From: Clostridia bacterium
Lineage (GTDB): Bacteria > Bacillota > Clostridia > Oscillospirales > CAG-382
Length of the DNA: 64,000 nucleotides
Reading direction: 5' to 3'
NCBI GenBank assembly: GCA_017436675.1
Contig: JAFSCS010000031.1
Coordinates: 638-64,637, forward strand
Below the pieces are notes generated by a model. That model had not been told where the DNA came from. It was given only the letters and a program-made list of their open reading frames with translations, and ran no database searches. Shown here one piece after another: positions 37,696-46,345 of this stretch. Made by a program: the position numbers and the translations under genes. Positions within the stretch are counted from its first letter, which is position 1, and each line of letters begins with the position of its first letter.

Positions 37696-37905
37696 ATGAA
37701 ACAATTCAAAGATGTTCTCCGCGCCAAACGCAAGGCGCTCAATCTTACTCAATACGAACTCGCCGACATAATAGGCACATCGCAAAACATAGTGACTAAG
37801 TGGGAGACAGGTAGATTTTTTCCGGGGTTTCTTTATCTCGCAGACCTCGCAGACTTTTTTCAATGTTCAGTTGACGAATTAATGGGAAGGGAGCAAAAAC
37901 CATGA
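37696..37905 (+). CDS. XRE-family HTH protein
   Basis: LTQYELADIIGTSQ..V.KWE.G...P. Confidence 0.85.
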   Translation: MKQFKDVLRAKRKALNLTQYELADIIGTSQNIVTKWETGRFFPGFLYLADLADFFQCSVDELMGREQKP

Positions 37906-38108
37906 AAGAATTTAAGGATATTTTACGGCAACAACGTAAGAAAAAATGCTTAACTCAAAAAGAATTATGTGAAATCATCGGCGTATCTCAGAACGCTTAT
38001 AGTCGATGGGAGCAAGGCGAAAATTTCCCGAACTTTTTCAATATCATCGACTTATCGAGAGCGCTTGAATGTACGACGGACGAGCTACTTTTAGGGGAGG
38101 CGAAATAA
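37902..38108 (+). CDS. XRE-family HTH protein (tandem paralogue)
   Basis: LTQKEL.EIIGVSQ..YSRWE.G...P; both proteins start MK.FKD.LR. Confidence 0.85.
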   Translation: MKEFKDILRQQRKKKCLTQKELCEIIGVSQNAYSRWEQGENFPNFFNIIDLSRALECTTDELLLGEAK

Positions 38109-38720
38109 TGCAACTCAACTACGATCAGGGCGACATCGTTTATAACAAACTCAGTTGTCATTTCGGTATCGTGTTATCCGACGTGGGCGAAGACACCGTA
38201 GAGATAATCGAGGTTTCTGCCGTCTGCTATGTCAACACACCGCCGAGAAACGCACTCCAATATCACGGCAGCGTCGGTGATATGCGAGGCACATTAAAAC
38301 AACTTATATGGGAGAACGCGAAAATATGAACGAATGTGAGAAAACACCCCAAGTTTACATCGGCGATATCCCCGTGGACCCACACATATACGAGGAAATC
38401 GAGGTACATCATAACTGCACCGTTATTATTTCTCGGTGTAAAAAGTGTGGAAAAATCGATATTTCGTGGTCGAAGGAGGCTGACGATGAAATATGACAGG
38501 CGAAGAAGCTCGACACGCTCTATTCCGCAAAACACCCGTAATATATAACGGCATCGAATATCTATACATATCAGCAATAATCTATAAATGCGACGAAAAC
38601 AACGAACTTTATGTATCCGCAGAACTACTCGATAAAAACAAACGAAGCGTTATCATCGCTAAACTAAAGGACGTGACAACACATGATAACCAAAATCAAA
38701 GAACGGATTTCGTGTCCTGA
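38108..38720 (+). other. Three small phage hypothetical genes (38108-38329, 38326-38496, 38493-38720)
   Basis: Translationally coupled ORFs. Confidence 0.55.
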
Positions 38721-41061
38721 ATACTTAGCACGGCACGGCATCCACATCAACAAGGGCGGGCGGTGCGTCTCACCGCTTCGCCCCGGCGCAAAAAACCCAA
38801 CCTCGTTTTACTGCGACGACGACTATTTCTACGACTTCGGCTCGGCGACGGGCGGTGACGTTATCGATCTCGCTGCTCAACTCCACTATAACGGCGACAT
38901 CGGCACTGCCGTTCGAGAGTTAGCCCGTGAACTCGGCATACAATCCGATAGCCTTCCGTCTCAGCAGTATAAACAGGATATCCAAAACCTATGCAACCGA
39001 ACGGCAGCTTATCACGCGGCATTAACCCCCGACGACTACCGATATCTTGCCGATAGAGGACTCAACCGCGACGACGCTGAACGACTTATGATAGGGCGAG
39101 TAACGGACGGCTACCTCAAAGGACGGCTATTTCTCCCTTATTTCAAAAACTCCGCAGTCGTATATTACGCGACTCGTGCTATGCCCGATGGTGCTTTCGC
39201 CGAAAACAAATATATGAAAGCCTCCTCCAACGAGTGCGAGTCATATCAGCATATTCCGTGGGGTATGCAAACACTAAACCGCCGATCCGATATACTCGTT
39301 ATATCCGAGGGCTATTTCGATGCGGTGGCGTGGGAGCGCGAGGGCTACGCGGTTCTCTCGCCTATCACGGGAAACTTTTCAAAATCACAGTGGCCCGATG
39401 TTATATCAGCGTGCAAAATGTTCCAAAAAATATTAATTATTTTCGACAACGACGCTATATCACACGCGGGCGACGGATTCACGACACGAACGGCAAAAAA
39501 ATTATTCCAAAACCGAATACCGTTCCTCGTGTCGCACACGCCCCCGGATATCAAGGACGTTAACGACTATTACACGGGTGGCGGTTCATTACAAACACTT
39601 ATCGACACCGCAGAGGACGGCTTACGCTATATGGCTTCACGCTATACCGATGCGGCAGAACTTAAAAAATTCATTATGTCGATAAACCGATTTACCGACA
39701 CCACGGCTATCGCCGCCGCCTTATTTCAACCGACGCTCGAAGAACGGTTCTCCTCGGCTGTTTTAAAATCTATACAGAAATCAGCCGACACCGCGCCGAC
39801 GGAATCACAAATAACCGACGAAATCATATCCAAGCACAACCTTATATATGTAAACAACGTCGGTTTCTACGAGTGGAGCGGTCGTGTGTGGCAATTCATA
39901 CCCGATCTTCTCGTCGAGAACTACGCTGACACGACCTACGGCAAGCGGTTTTCAACATCTAACCGCGTTAAATCGGTTAAAAACCTACTGAAATCTCGAA
40001 CTATCCGCGAGATAACTTTCGACCGTAACCCCGTGCTTACATTCCAAAACGGAACTCTCGAAATCGACACGGGGAACTTTCGAGATTTCTCGCAAGCCGA
40101 CTACTGCTCCGTTATTATGGACTACGACTACGACCCCGAAGCTCGATGTCCTACATGGGAGAAATTCATCGACGATGTAACCGACGAAGAACCGCGCCGA
40201 GCGGAAAACTTACAGTTTATCGCAGGTTATACGCTCGTTCCCGATTGTCGTTACCAAAAAATATTCTGTCTGCTCGGTAGCGGTAGTAACGGAAAATCCG
40301 TGTACCTCGAAATCATTCAAGCACTTTTCGGCCCTCGCAACGTTTCCGTTGTCTCGCCGACGGGTCTTACGAAGGAGTTCGAGCGTGTCAAAATCAAGGA
40401 CTCTCTATTAAACATCGGTAAGGACGTTTCCCCTGACTTTTCGACGGGTGAGATTCGCGAGTGGTTGCTTCAAATCTCGGACGGCACTCTTATTCAAGCC
40501 TGTTACAAAGGGCAAACCCACATAACTTTCGAGCCTCGGTGCAAACTCATTTATTCTATGAATAAACCGCCTGTTGCTGCCGTTATCGAAGGTCTTAACC
40601 GACGACTACGCTTCATAGAGTTTCCGTGTTCCTTCGTGGATTTCCCCGATAAGGACGACCGAAAGCAGAAACCGAAGGACGTTAATATCGTCTCGAAGTT
40701 ACTCGCAGAACTACCGGGAATCTTTAATTGGGCTTACGAAGGATATCAAATGCTTAAAACCGCCGGTTATTTCACCGATACTCCCGAGCAAGCGGAGATA
40801 ACGCAACAGTTTGAGGAGATGTCCGATCCTATCTCAGTTTTCTGCAAAGACTATGAATTTGACGGAGAACACACGAGAGAGGAAATATACGAATGGTATA
40901 AAGATTGGTGTGAGGATACAGGACACAAAAGTATGTCTCGCGAACGATTTATACCGAGGTTCAGAGATTGTATGAAAGACAAAATCTTTGACGAACGAGC
41001 AACAAAAAGAAGCGGTAGGTATGTACGAATTTTCAGGTTTGAAAGTTGCAACCTACGCTGA
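38683..41061 (+). CDS. DNA primase-helicase (Zn-finger/TOPRIM plus P4/D5-type SF3 helicase)
   Basis: GGDVIDL, SEGYFD, FDND, KDVND, FQNG, G.GSNGKS, RRL..IEF. Confidence 0.9.
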   Translation: MITKIKERISCPEYLARHGIHINKGGRCVSPLRPGAKNPTSFYCDDDYFYDFGSATGGDVIDLAAQLHYNGDIGTAVRELARELGIQSDSLPSQQYKQDIQNLCNRTAAYHAALTPDDYRYLADRGLNRDDAERLMIGRVTDGYLKGRLFLPYFKNSAVVYYATRAMPDGAFAENKYMKASSNECESYQHIPWGMQTLNRRSDILVISEGYFDAVAWEREGYAVLSPITGNFSKSQWPDVISACKMFQKILIIFDNDAISHAGDGFTTRTAKKLFQNRIPFLVSHTPPDIKDVNDYYTGGGSLQTLIDTAEDGLRYMASRYTDAAELKKFIMSINRFTDTTAIAAALFQPTLEERFSSAVLKSIQKSADTAPTESQITDEIISKHNLIYVNNVGFYEWSGRVWQFIPDLLVENYADTTYGKRFSTSNRVKSVKNLLKSRTIREITFDRNPVLTFQNGTLEIDTGNFRDFSQADYCSVIMDYDYDPEARCPTWEKFIDDVTDEEPRRAENLQFIAGYTLVPDCRYQKIFCLLGSGSNGKSVYLEIIQALFGPRNVSVVSPTGLTKEFERVKIKDSLLNIGKDVSPDFSTGEIREWLLQISDGTLIQACYKGQTHITFEPRCKLIYSMNKPPVAAVIEGLNRRLRFIEFPCSFVDFPDKDDRKQKPKDVNIVSKLLAELPGIFNWAYEGYQMLKTAGYFTDTPEQAEITQQFEEMSDPISVFCKDYEFDGEHTREEIYEWYKDWCEDTGHKSMSRERFIPRFRDCMKDKIFDERATKRSGRYVRIFRFESCNLR

Positions 41062-41315
41062 TTTGCTTGCAACACTACTTGCAACTTTGGAGCGCGAAAA
41101 TCTCAAAAGTTGCAGGTTGTTGCAGGTAGGTTGCAAGTAACCTGCAACCGATTTTTCCTTTATTCGCAAGACTTTTTATTAAAAGTTGCAAGGTTGCAAG
41201 TAAAATATAAGTAAGAGAAAAATAAATTAAAAAATGCTTAAAATAGCGTATATTTAAGGAAAAATGCAAAATGTATTAAGGCTTTTCGATTTTGCTTGCA
41301 ACACCTGCAACCTCG
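41043..41315. repeat. Cluster of TTGCA(A/G)-type short repeats with an AT-rich tract; candidate replication origin
   Basis: About a dozen TGCA-core repeats in both orientations directly after the primase gene. Confidence 0.6.
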
Positions 41316-41336
41316 ACTTTTTAGGAGGTGATTTTA

Positions 41337-41506
41337 TGGCTACCGTTACACCCACGATTGAGACTTTTGTGTATTGGTACAATAAATATAAAGCCAAAGA
41401 GTGTTCCAAAGACTATGCACGGCAAAAGGTCGGTTTTCACTATACCAAGTGGTATCACCTATGCCGCGACTATGAAAACGGACACGATATATCTAAATAC
41501 TTTTAG
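41337..41506 (+). CDS. Small phage protein
   Basis: AGGAGGTG RBS; MATVTPTIETFVYWY... Confidence 0.6.
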
Positions 41507-41517
41507 GAGGTATTTTT

Positions 41518-42039
41518 ATGGACGAAAAAATCACTCAGATTATTAAGAAACCAACTCGCACCGATCTTCCGAACGTCGTCGAACTCCCGGAAGGCGACAA
41601 CAACAAATACACGACTTTCGCTCTTGCTATTATGCAACTACCGAAAATCGATGTTCGCGATCCGCAACAACTTCAAGCGAGGGTGATAGAGTATTTTCAA
41701 CTCTGCGCCGACCACGATATGAAACCGGGTGTCGCTGCTGTTGGTCTTGCTATTGGGCTTGACCGCAGACGACTATGGGAAATTAGGTCGGGTTCTTCTC
41801 GCAACTCGACTATACCGCAGGAATGTAAGGATATTATTATGGGAGTTTACGACTCTCTCGAAACCTTGTGGGAGAGCTATATGATTAACGGCAAAATCAA
41901 TCCCGTGTCAGGTATCTTCCTCGGCAAGAACAACTTTGGGTATCAGGATAAGCAAGAGTATGTGGTTACGCCGAATCAGATGCAGACCGCAGACCCAAAG
42001 GTTATTGAAGCGAAGTATGATGCGTTGCCTGAAGACTAA
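41518..42039 (+). CDS. Terminase small subunit
   Basis: YF..C......P....LAIG..R..L, GKINPV.GIFL.KNNFGY.DK.E. Confidence 0.75.
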   Translation: MDEKITQIIKKPTRTDLPNVVELPEGDNNKYTTFALAIMQLPKIDVRDPQQLQARVIEYFQLCADHDMKPGVAAVGLAIGLDRRRLWEIRSGSSRNSTIPQECKDIIMGVYDSLETLWESYMINGKINPVSGIFLGKNNFGYQDKQEYVVTPNQMQTADPKVIEAKYDALPED

Positions 42040-42322
42040 CACGACTTTCGGCTTCACGACTTTCACGACTTTCGGGACTTTTGACCTTGAAGCTCGGCGT
42101 TACGGGAGGGGACACCACAAAAAAGAGCCGATTTTTGACCTAAAAATCGCTCATTTCCATAATTTTACTGTAAAAATATGGTAAAATATAACCCTCTCGC
42201 CCAAAGTGATTTAAAGCCGTTTTAAAGCGTTTTAATGCTTTGGGGTATAATTACCCTATAAGCAAATAAAAACGCCAAAAACGGCGTTTAATGAAGCGAC
42301 GGGAATATAGACAGCAAAAAGA

Positions 42323-42349
42323 AAACCCCGGAATTAATCCGGGGCTTTT
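42323..42349. terminator. Terminator for the leftward operon (likely bidirectional)
   Basis: AAAACCCCGGA-ATTAA-TCCGGGGCTTTT. Confidence 0.7.
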
Positions 42350-42350
42350 G

Positions 42351-42533
42351 TTATATTTTGCGTTTGTATTCGTTTATCGGCTCAGCGCTTAAAACGTCTA
42401 TATTTTTAATATGTTCGATGGGGCGCACCATTTTATAACGGAAAATAACATCACCGCAAGCACAAAAAAATATGTCGCTGTGTGTTTGTTTGCTTTTGTC
42501 GTTTTTATATGTGTAAAAAATTCTATAATACAT
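42351..42533 (-). CDS. Phage hypothetical protein
   Basis: AAGGAG RBS; last gene of the leftward operon. Confidence 0.55.
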   Translation of the reverse strand: MYYRIFYTYKNDKSKQTHSDIFFCACGDVIFRYKMVRPIEHIKNIDVLSAEPINEYKRKI

Positions 42534-42548
42534 CGCTTCTGATCTCCT

Positions 42549-42891
42549 TTAAAATGCGCTTGTAACGATTGATATATCAACCCATAAATTTATATATTGT
42601 TTTACCCACTTATAATTATCATCGTCTCGAAAATCCGCCGATGCGGTCAAAACATATCCCATTTGTTTGGGTCCGTCTTTTGTGTCAATATACATAGGGC
42701 TTTTATTTTTTAATGCGTTATCAGATATTTTTATATAATTCTGATCCGTACATTTTTCTTGATATTGTTTTAAAGCGTCGTTGATGTTTTCCGCTTCTAT
42801 GTACGCATCGCGTATTATATCGCCGTCAATCCACCATTTTTTTTTTGTTGTATTTTTTCATTGTTGCGTAAGTTTTGAATAAGTATGTCAT
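42549..42891 (-). pseudogene. 113-aa phage protein frameshifted at an A10 tract (42837-42846)
   Basis: GGAGGT RBS; MTYLFKTYATMKKYNKKK joins WWIDGDII...NKSPMYIDTKDG...IVTSAF if the tract is A9. Confidence 0.7.
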
Positions 42892-42929
42892 TGTTTTACC
42901 TCCATATAAAAACCACGCGCAGCGCGTGG

Positions 42930-43247
42930 TTATTTGATGATTCTATTTTCTAAATCACTTTTTGAATAGTTGCCCCATTTATCAAAAGCGCGTCCACCGT
43001 TTAGGACGTGGAAAAGCATTTGGTTCCAAAAGGCTTTGAAATTTTCGCCATTAAGCTCTTCGGCGGTGTGTTGTTCGTAAAATTCCGAATAATCGGCTTG
43101 CTCTGTGCTTGTATCCGCGTTACATATATAAATCGTTTCGCTTTCGTCGTCGGTTCGGAAATATAAACCGCTTGCTAACTGTCCGTAATAAATATATATG
43201 CCTCCGCCCGTATAACACGCCGTCGCCGTTTTAATTGTGTGTGTCAT
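42930..43247 (-). CDS. Phage hypothetical protein
   Basis: AAGGAG RBS; YTGGGIY motif. Confidence 0.65.
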   Translation of the reverse strand: MTHTIKTATACYTGGGIYIYYGQLASGLYFRTDDESETIYICNADTSTEQADYSEFYEQHTAEELNGENFKAFWNQMLFHVLNGGRAFDKWGNYSKSDLENRIIK

Positions 43248-43259
43248 TGGTCCCGCTCC

Positions 43260-43862
43260 TTATTTGTATTTTTTTGTTAATTCTAAAATTACGCCGATAG
43301 GAAAATATAAAACTGCGATAATGAAATATATCACCGTTTCACCCCCTCAACAAACATTTTCACATGGTCTTTTATAAGCCCCTCATAGGTTTTTATAATT
43401 GTTTCGTATATTGTCGGCGTTTCGGGATCGATGATATACACCCTATAACGAGGATTTCCGTTAATGTCGTTTTTTTCTCGTATGTAAAAATAATCTATTG
43501 CGATATGGTCTATTACTACCGTTTTTAAATCGTGATTTTTTGCCATTGTTAAGCCTCCCAAAATTTAGTTATTACAACAAAAAAGTTATATATTGAGTGG
43601 GTCGGATTCGGTGTTATGTTGTCGGCGATGATATCGCAAAAGCTCAGAAACACCCACAGAAAGAAAAGCATTAAAACGATATAATAAATTCGTTCGGCTA
43701 TTTTCATTTTTTAACCCTCCGCTTTCTGATCGTTACGCCTCCGTGAAAAGCGGTGTTATATTCCATTTTTAAAAATATTGCATCCGCTCGGCTTTCGGTT
43801 TCGTCGATTTCCTCGCCTTGCCACATCAAAATATAAATGTCTTTCGTTTTACGCACGTACAT
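43260..43862 (-). other. Four coupled small genes: 43704-43862 (52 aa), 43549-43707 (52 aa, TM), 43331-43546, 43260-43334 (24 aa, hydrophobic)
   Basis: Each has a GGAGG/GAGGGG-type RBS and tightly coupled start/stop; three are below the ORF-track cutoff. Confidence 0.6.
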
Positions 43863-44250
43863 ATTTTTTTACCTCCTTGAAAAGCTCTTGATATATTAAT
43901 TTTGTTAAAAGCGTTTCGGCTTGATCTTCTGAGTATTTCGCTTTTTCGCTTTGTGTTTCTTCGAGAACCGCCCCCAAGTCATTAACGGCAGAGCGGTTAT
44001 AGTAGTAACAAGTATCCAACACGGACGGCAAGCCTTGACACCAATCTATAAAAGCGTGCAGCTCGTTATATTTGTAATATTGGAAGTCTTGCATAATACT
44101 GTATTTTTCAGAGCGGAAACAGTTATATATAAATTCCGCTATTTCGTGCCATTCGGTCGGCGGTGTTTCGGTGTAGCTCGTAGCGTCGAAATGTTCAATA
44201 ATATAATTGCGTGTGTTTTCTCTTGCCTTTTTGCTATTCGTTTTTAACAT
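43849..44250 (-). CDS. Phage hypothetical protein
   Basis: GGAGG RBS before MLKTNSKKA...; F.DWCQGLPS. Confidence 0.7.
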   Translation of the reverse strand: MLKTNSKKARENTRNYIIEHFDATSYTETPPTEWHEIAEFIYNCFRSEKYSIMQDFQYYKYNELHAFIDWCQGLPSVLDTCYYYNRSAVNDLGAVLEETQSEKAKYSEDQAETLLTKLIYQELFKEVKKYVRA

Positions 44251-44459
44251 TGTTCGATATCCTCCAAAGTTTGTTTTAAAAAGGTACATAAATTTTCGTA
44301 TGATTCGGGGCACATAGGAACGGCAATAAAACGATTACCTACTTTTACAGAAATGTCGTTTAATTCTTGTCCGTAGTCTAAGCGGTTCATAGTATCCGCT
44401 ATTACTCTATCGGTGAAGAATTTAACCCCGGTCTTATTAAATGGCGTTTTGTGTTTCAT
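44244..44459 (-). CDS. Phage hypothetical protein, first gene of the leftward operon
   Basis: GGAGG RBS. Confidence 0.6.
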   Translation of the reverse strand: MKHKTPFNKTGVKFFTDRVIADTMNRLDYGQELNDISVKVGNRFIAVPMCPESYENLCTFLKQTLEDIEQC

Positions 44460-44490
44460 TTGTTGGCATCCTCCGCTTGTTCGTGTTATT

Positions 44491-44574
44491 CAAGATTAAT
44501 CTTGATACTTTTATTATATAAGATTAATCTTGAAAGTCAATAGTTTTTGATAAAAAAATCAAGATAAATCTTAA
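44491..44574 (-). promoter_or_regulatory. Leftward promoter (TTGACT-16-TATAAT) with three CAAGATTAATCTTG-type palindromes
   Basis: Palindromes near 44491, 44519 (in the spacer) and 44560. Confidence 0.75.
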
Positions 44575-44732
44575 CAAAAATATGGTGTCGTTTTTGTGTA
44601 CTTTGACGAACAATAATAAACCTGATCGAACGATATTTTTATAGTGGGGATGGGGTAGCATCCCGGATGGACCCGCCCCGGTGATGTGTCTCAGCAGAGA
44701 AAAAAATAAAAAGAGAAATTTCAAGATAGGTC

Positions 44733-44761
44733 TTGACTTTTTCTTTCGAATGTGCTACCAT
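44733..44761 (+). promoter_or_regulatory. Rightward promoter TTGACT-17-(TG)TACCAT
   Basis: Upstream of the HTH-resolvase pair. Confidence 0.6.
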
Positions 44762-44789
44762 ATAGCCATAGCGAACAAAGGAGGAAAAC

Positions 44790-45065
44790 ATGAGCATTAA
44801 CGAAATCATTTTAGATGTCATTGAAAACACAACGAACGAAGAAGGCAAGCGCATACGCCAAGTAGAGATAATCGAACGGATAAAAGACAAATTCGGCTTA
44901 GAAGTATCATCGGCTGCGTTTTCCGATAGGCTAAAAAACAAGAGTATGAAAACGAACACAGTTATAGAGATATTAGATGTGTTGGGTTACGAGTTAGTAG
45001 CTCGCCCCAAGAAAGGTGACAGACGCGAGTATGTTGCCGAACGAGGAGAGGGGCGCAGTAAGTAA
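44790..45065 (+). CDS. HTH-like DNA-binding protein
   Basis: RQVEI..RI....S.AAFSDRLK...M......ILD.LGYELV. Confidence 0.65.
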   Translation: MSINEIILDVIENTTNEEGKRIRQVEIIERIKDKFGLEVSSAAFSDRLKNKSMKTNTVIEILDVLGYELVARPKKGDRREYVAERGEGRSK

Positions 45066-45691
45066 TGGCGAAATATTTTTCTGTCCGTGTGTCGAGTAAA
45101 GACCAAAACTTAGCTCGTCAATTAGCAGAGGCGCAGAAATACGGAATCCCCAAAGAAAACATATTTTGCGACAAGATAACGGGTCGAAAAAAAGACCGCC
45201 CCGAATACGAGCGTATGAAATCGCTATTAAAAAGGGGCGACGAGGTATATTTTAAAGAACTCGACCGAATTGGTCGTGCTAAATATTTAATTAAGGACGA
45301 GCTTGAATGGTTTAAAGAGCGTGGCGTAATAGTGCGTATATTAGATATACCGACAACACTTATGGAAGTTCCAAAGGGGCAAGAGTGGGTGTTTGAAATG
45401 GTGCATAACATTCTCATTGAGGTGTTGGCAACGATAGCCGAGCAAGAGTGGGAAAAGACGAAGAAAAGACAAAGCGAAGGCATAGCCTCTATGCCTATTG
45501 TGAATGGTCGCAGAGTAAGCGCAAAGACGGGTCGCGGTTTTGGACGCGAGAGAAAATGCCCCGATAATTTTGAGGAAGTGTATAACCGACAACAGAGTGG
45601 CGAGGTTTCAATGAAAGAGGCGTTGCAGTTGGTTGGGGTTGGTAGAACACGTTGGTATGAATTAGTTAAGGAGAATCGCTGCCGAGCGTAA
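45065..45691 (+). CDS. Small serine recombinase (resolvase/invertase family)
   Basis: VRVSSKDQNLARQ, DK.TG....RP, LDRIGR, RQ.EGI, C-terminal HTH. Confidence 0.92.
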   Translation: MAKYFSVRVSSKDQNLARQLAEAQKYGIPKENIFCDKITGRKKDRPEYERMKSLLKRGDEVYFKELDRIGRAKYLIKDELEWFKERGVIVRILDIPTTLMEVPKGQEWVFEMVHNILIEVLATIAEQEWEKTKKRQSEGIASMPIVNGRRVSAKTGRGFGRERKCPDNFEEVYNRQQSGEVSMKEALQLVGVGRTRWYELVKENRCRA

Positions 45692-45711
45692 ACGGAGAAA
45701 GGAAAAGATTA

Positions 45712-46275
45712 GTGAAATGCCCTAAATGTAACTCGGAAAACATTAAGTTACAAGCCGAGGAAGTTAAGCCAAAATTAACAGGTCCGCTCTGCTTATTGTT
45801 TTCAGGAATCGCTACGATAGTATTAGGTTTTGTAGGAACGATAATTGGTGCAATAATAGGTCTTATAATTGGCTTGATATTATCCTCGCTTCTGCCGTCG
45901 GGAAGACAATCGATAGTGGTTTGTCAAAACTGTGGATATGTTTCTCAACCCATTAACAATCAAAACTTGGGAACTAAAATTCACCCATTGTTTTGTTCGC
46001 AAAGCGAGAGCAATCTAACAATCGTAAGAAACGATATTGTAAAAGGAACAATCATAGTTATTAGAATTTGTGTTGATGGTGGATTGCCCTTCGACATCAG
46101 CGACAACTCAACTACATATTTAAAACTTGCCGATGGTTCACACGTTTTAACCTACGAGCAAATCAATGGTTTCGGCAAAAAGAAAAATAAAGGGCAACTA
46201 AATATTGATATAGATAGAGTAAATGAAATTACAATATCTTTTTCACAACAAGGCTTAATTGTAAATCAGAAATAA
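45712..46275 (+). CDS. Membrane protein with a split Zn-ribbon (CxxC-TM-TM-CxxC); moron-like
   Basis: MKCPKC...hydrophobic hairpin...CQNCG; AT-rich. Confidence 0.7.
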   Translation: MKCPKCNSENIKLQAEEVKPKLTGPLCLLFSGIATIVLGFVGTIIGAIIGLIIGLILSSLLPSGRQSIVVCQNCGYVSQPINNQNLGTKIHPLFCSQSESNLTIVRNDIVKGTIIVIRICVDGGLPFDISDNSTTYLKLADGSHVLTYEQINGFGKKKNKGQLNIDIDRVNEITISFSQQGLIVNQK

Positions 46276-46283
46276 AATAAGCA

Positions 46284-46332
46284 GAGCGCCAAAGAGCGCC
46301 TACCTTAAATGGTGGGCGCTCTATTTTTATTT
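46284..46332 (+). promoter_or_regulatory. Bipartite GAGCGCC-N3-GAGCGCC site overlapping a terminator hairpin
   Basis: AGAGCGCCTACC pairs with GGTGGGCGCTCT and is followed by a T-rich tract. Confidence 0.7.
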
Positions 46333-46345
46333 TAGGAGGTATAGT

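Noticed and set aside
45065-45691. Resolvase as a tail-fibre invertase (shufflon)
   Set aside because: I could not find inverted crossover sites or opposite-strand fibre cassettes in 58470-64000; sites outside the window cannot be excluded.
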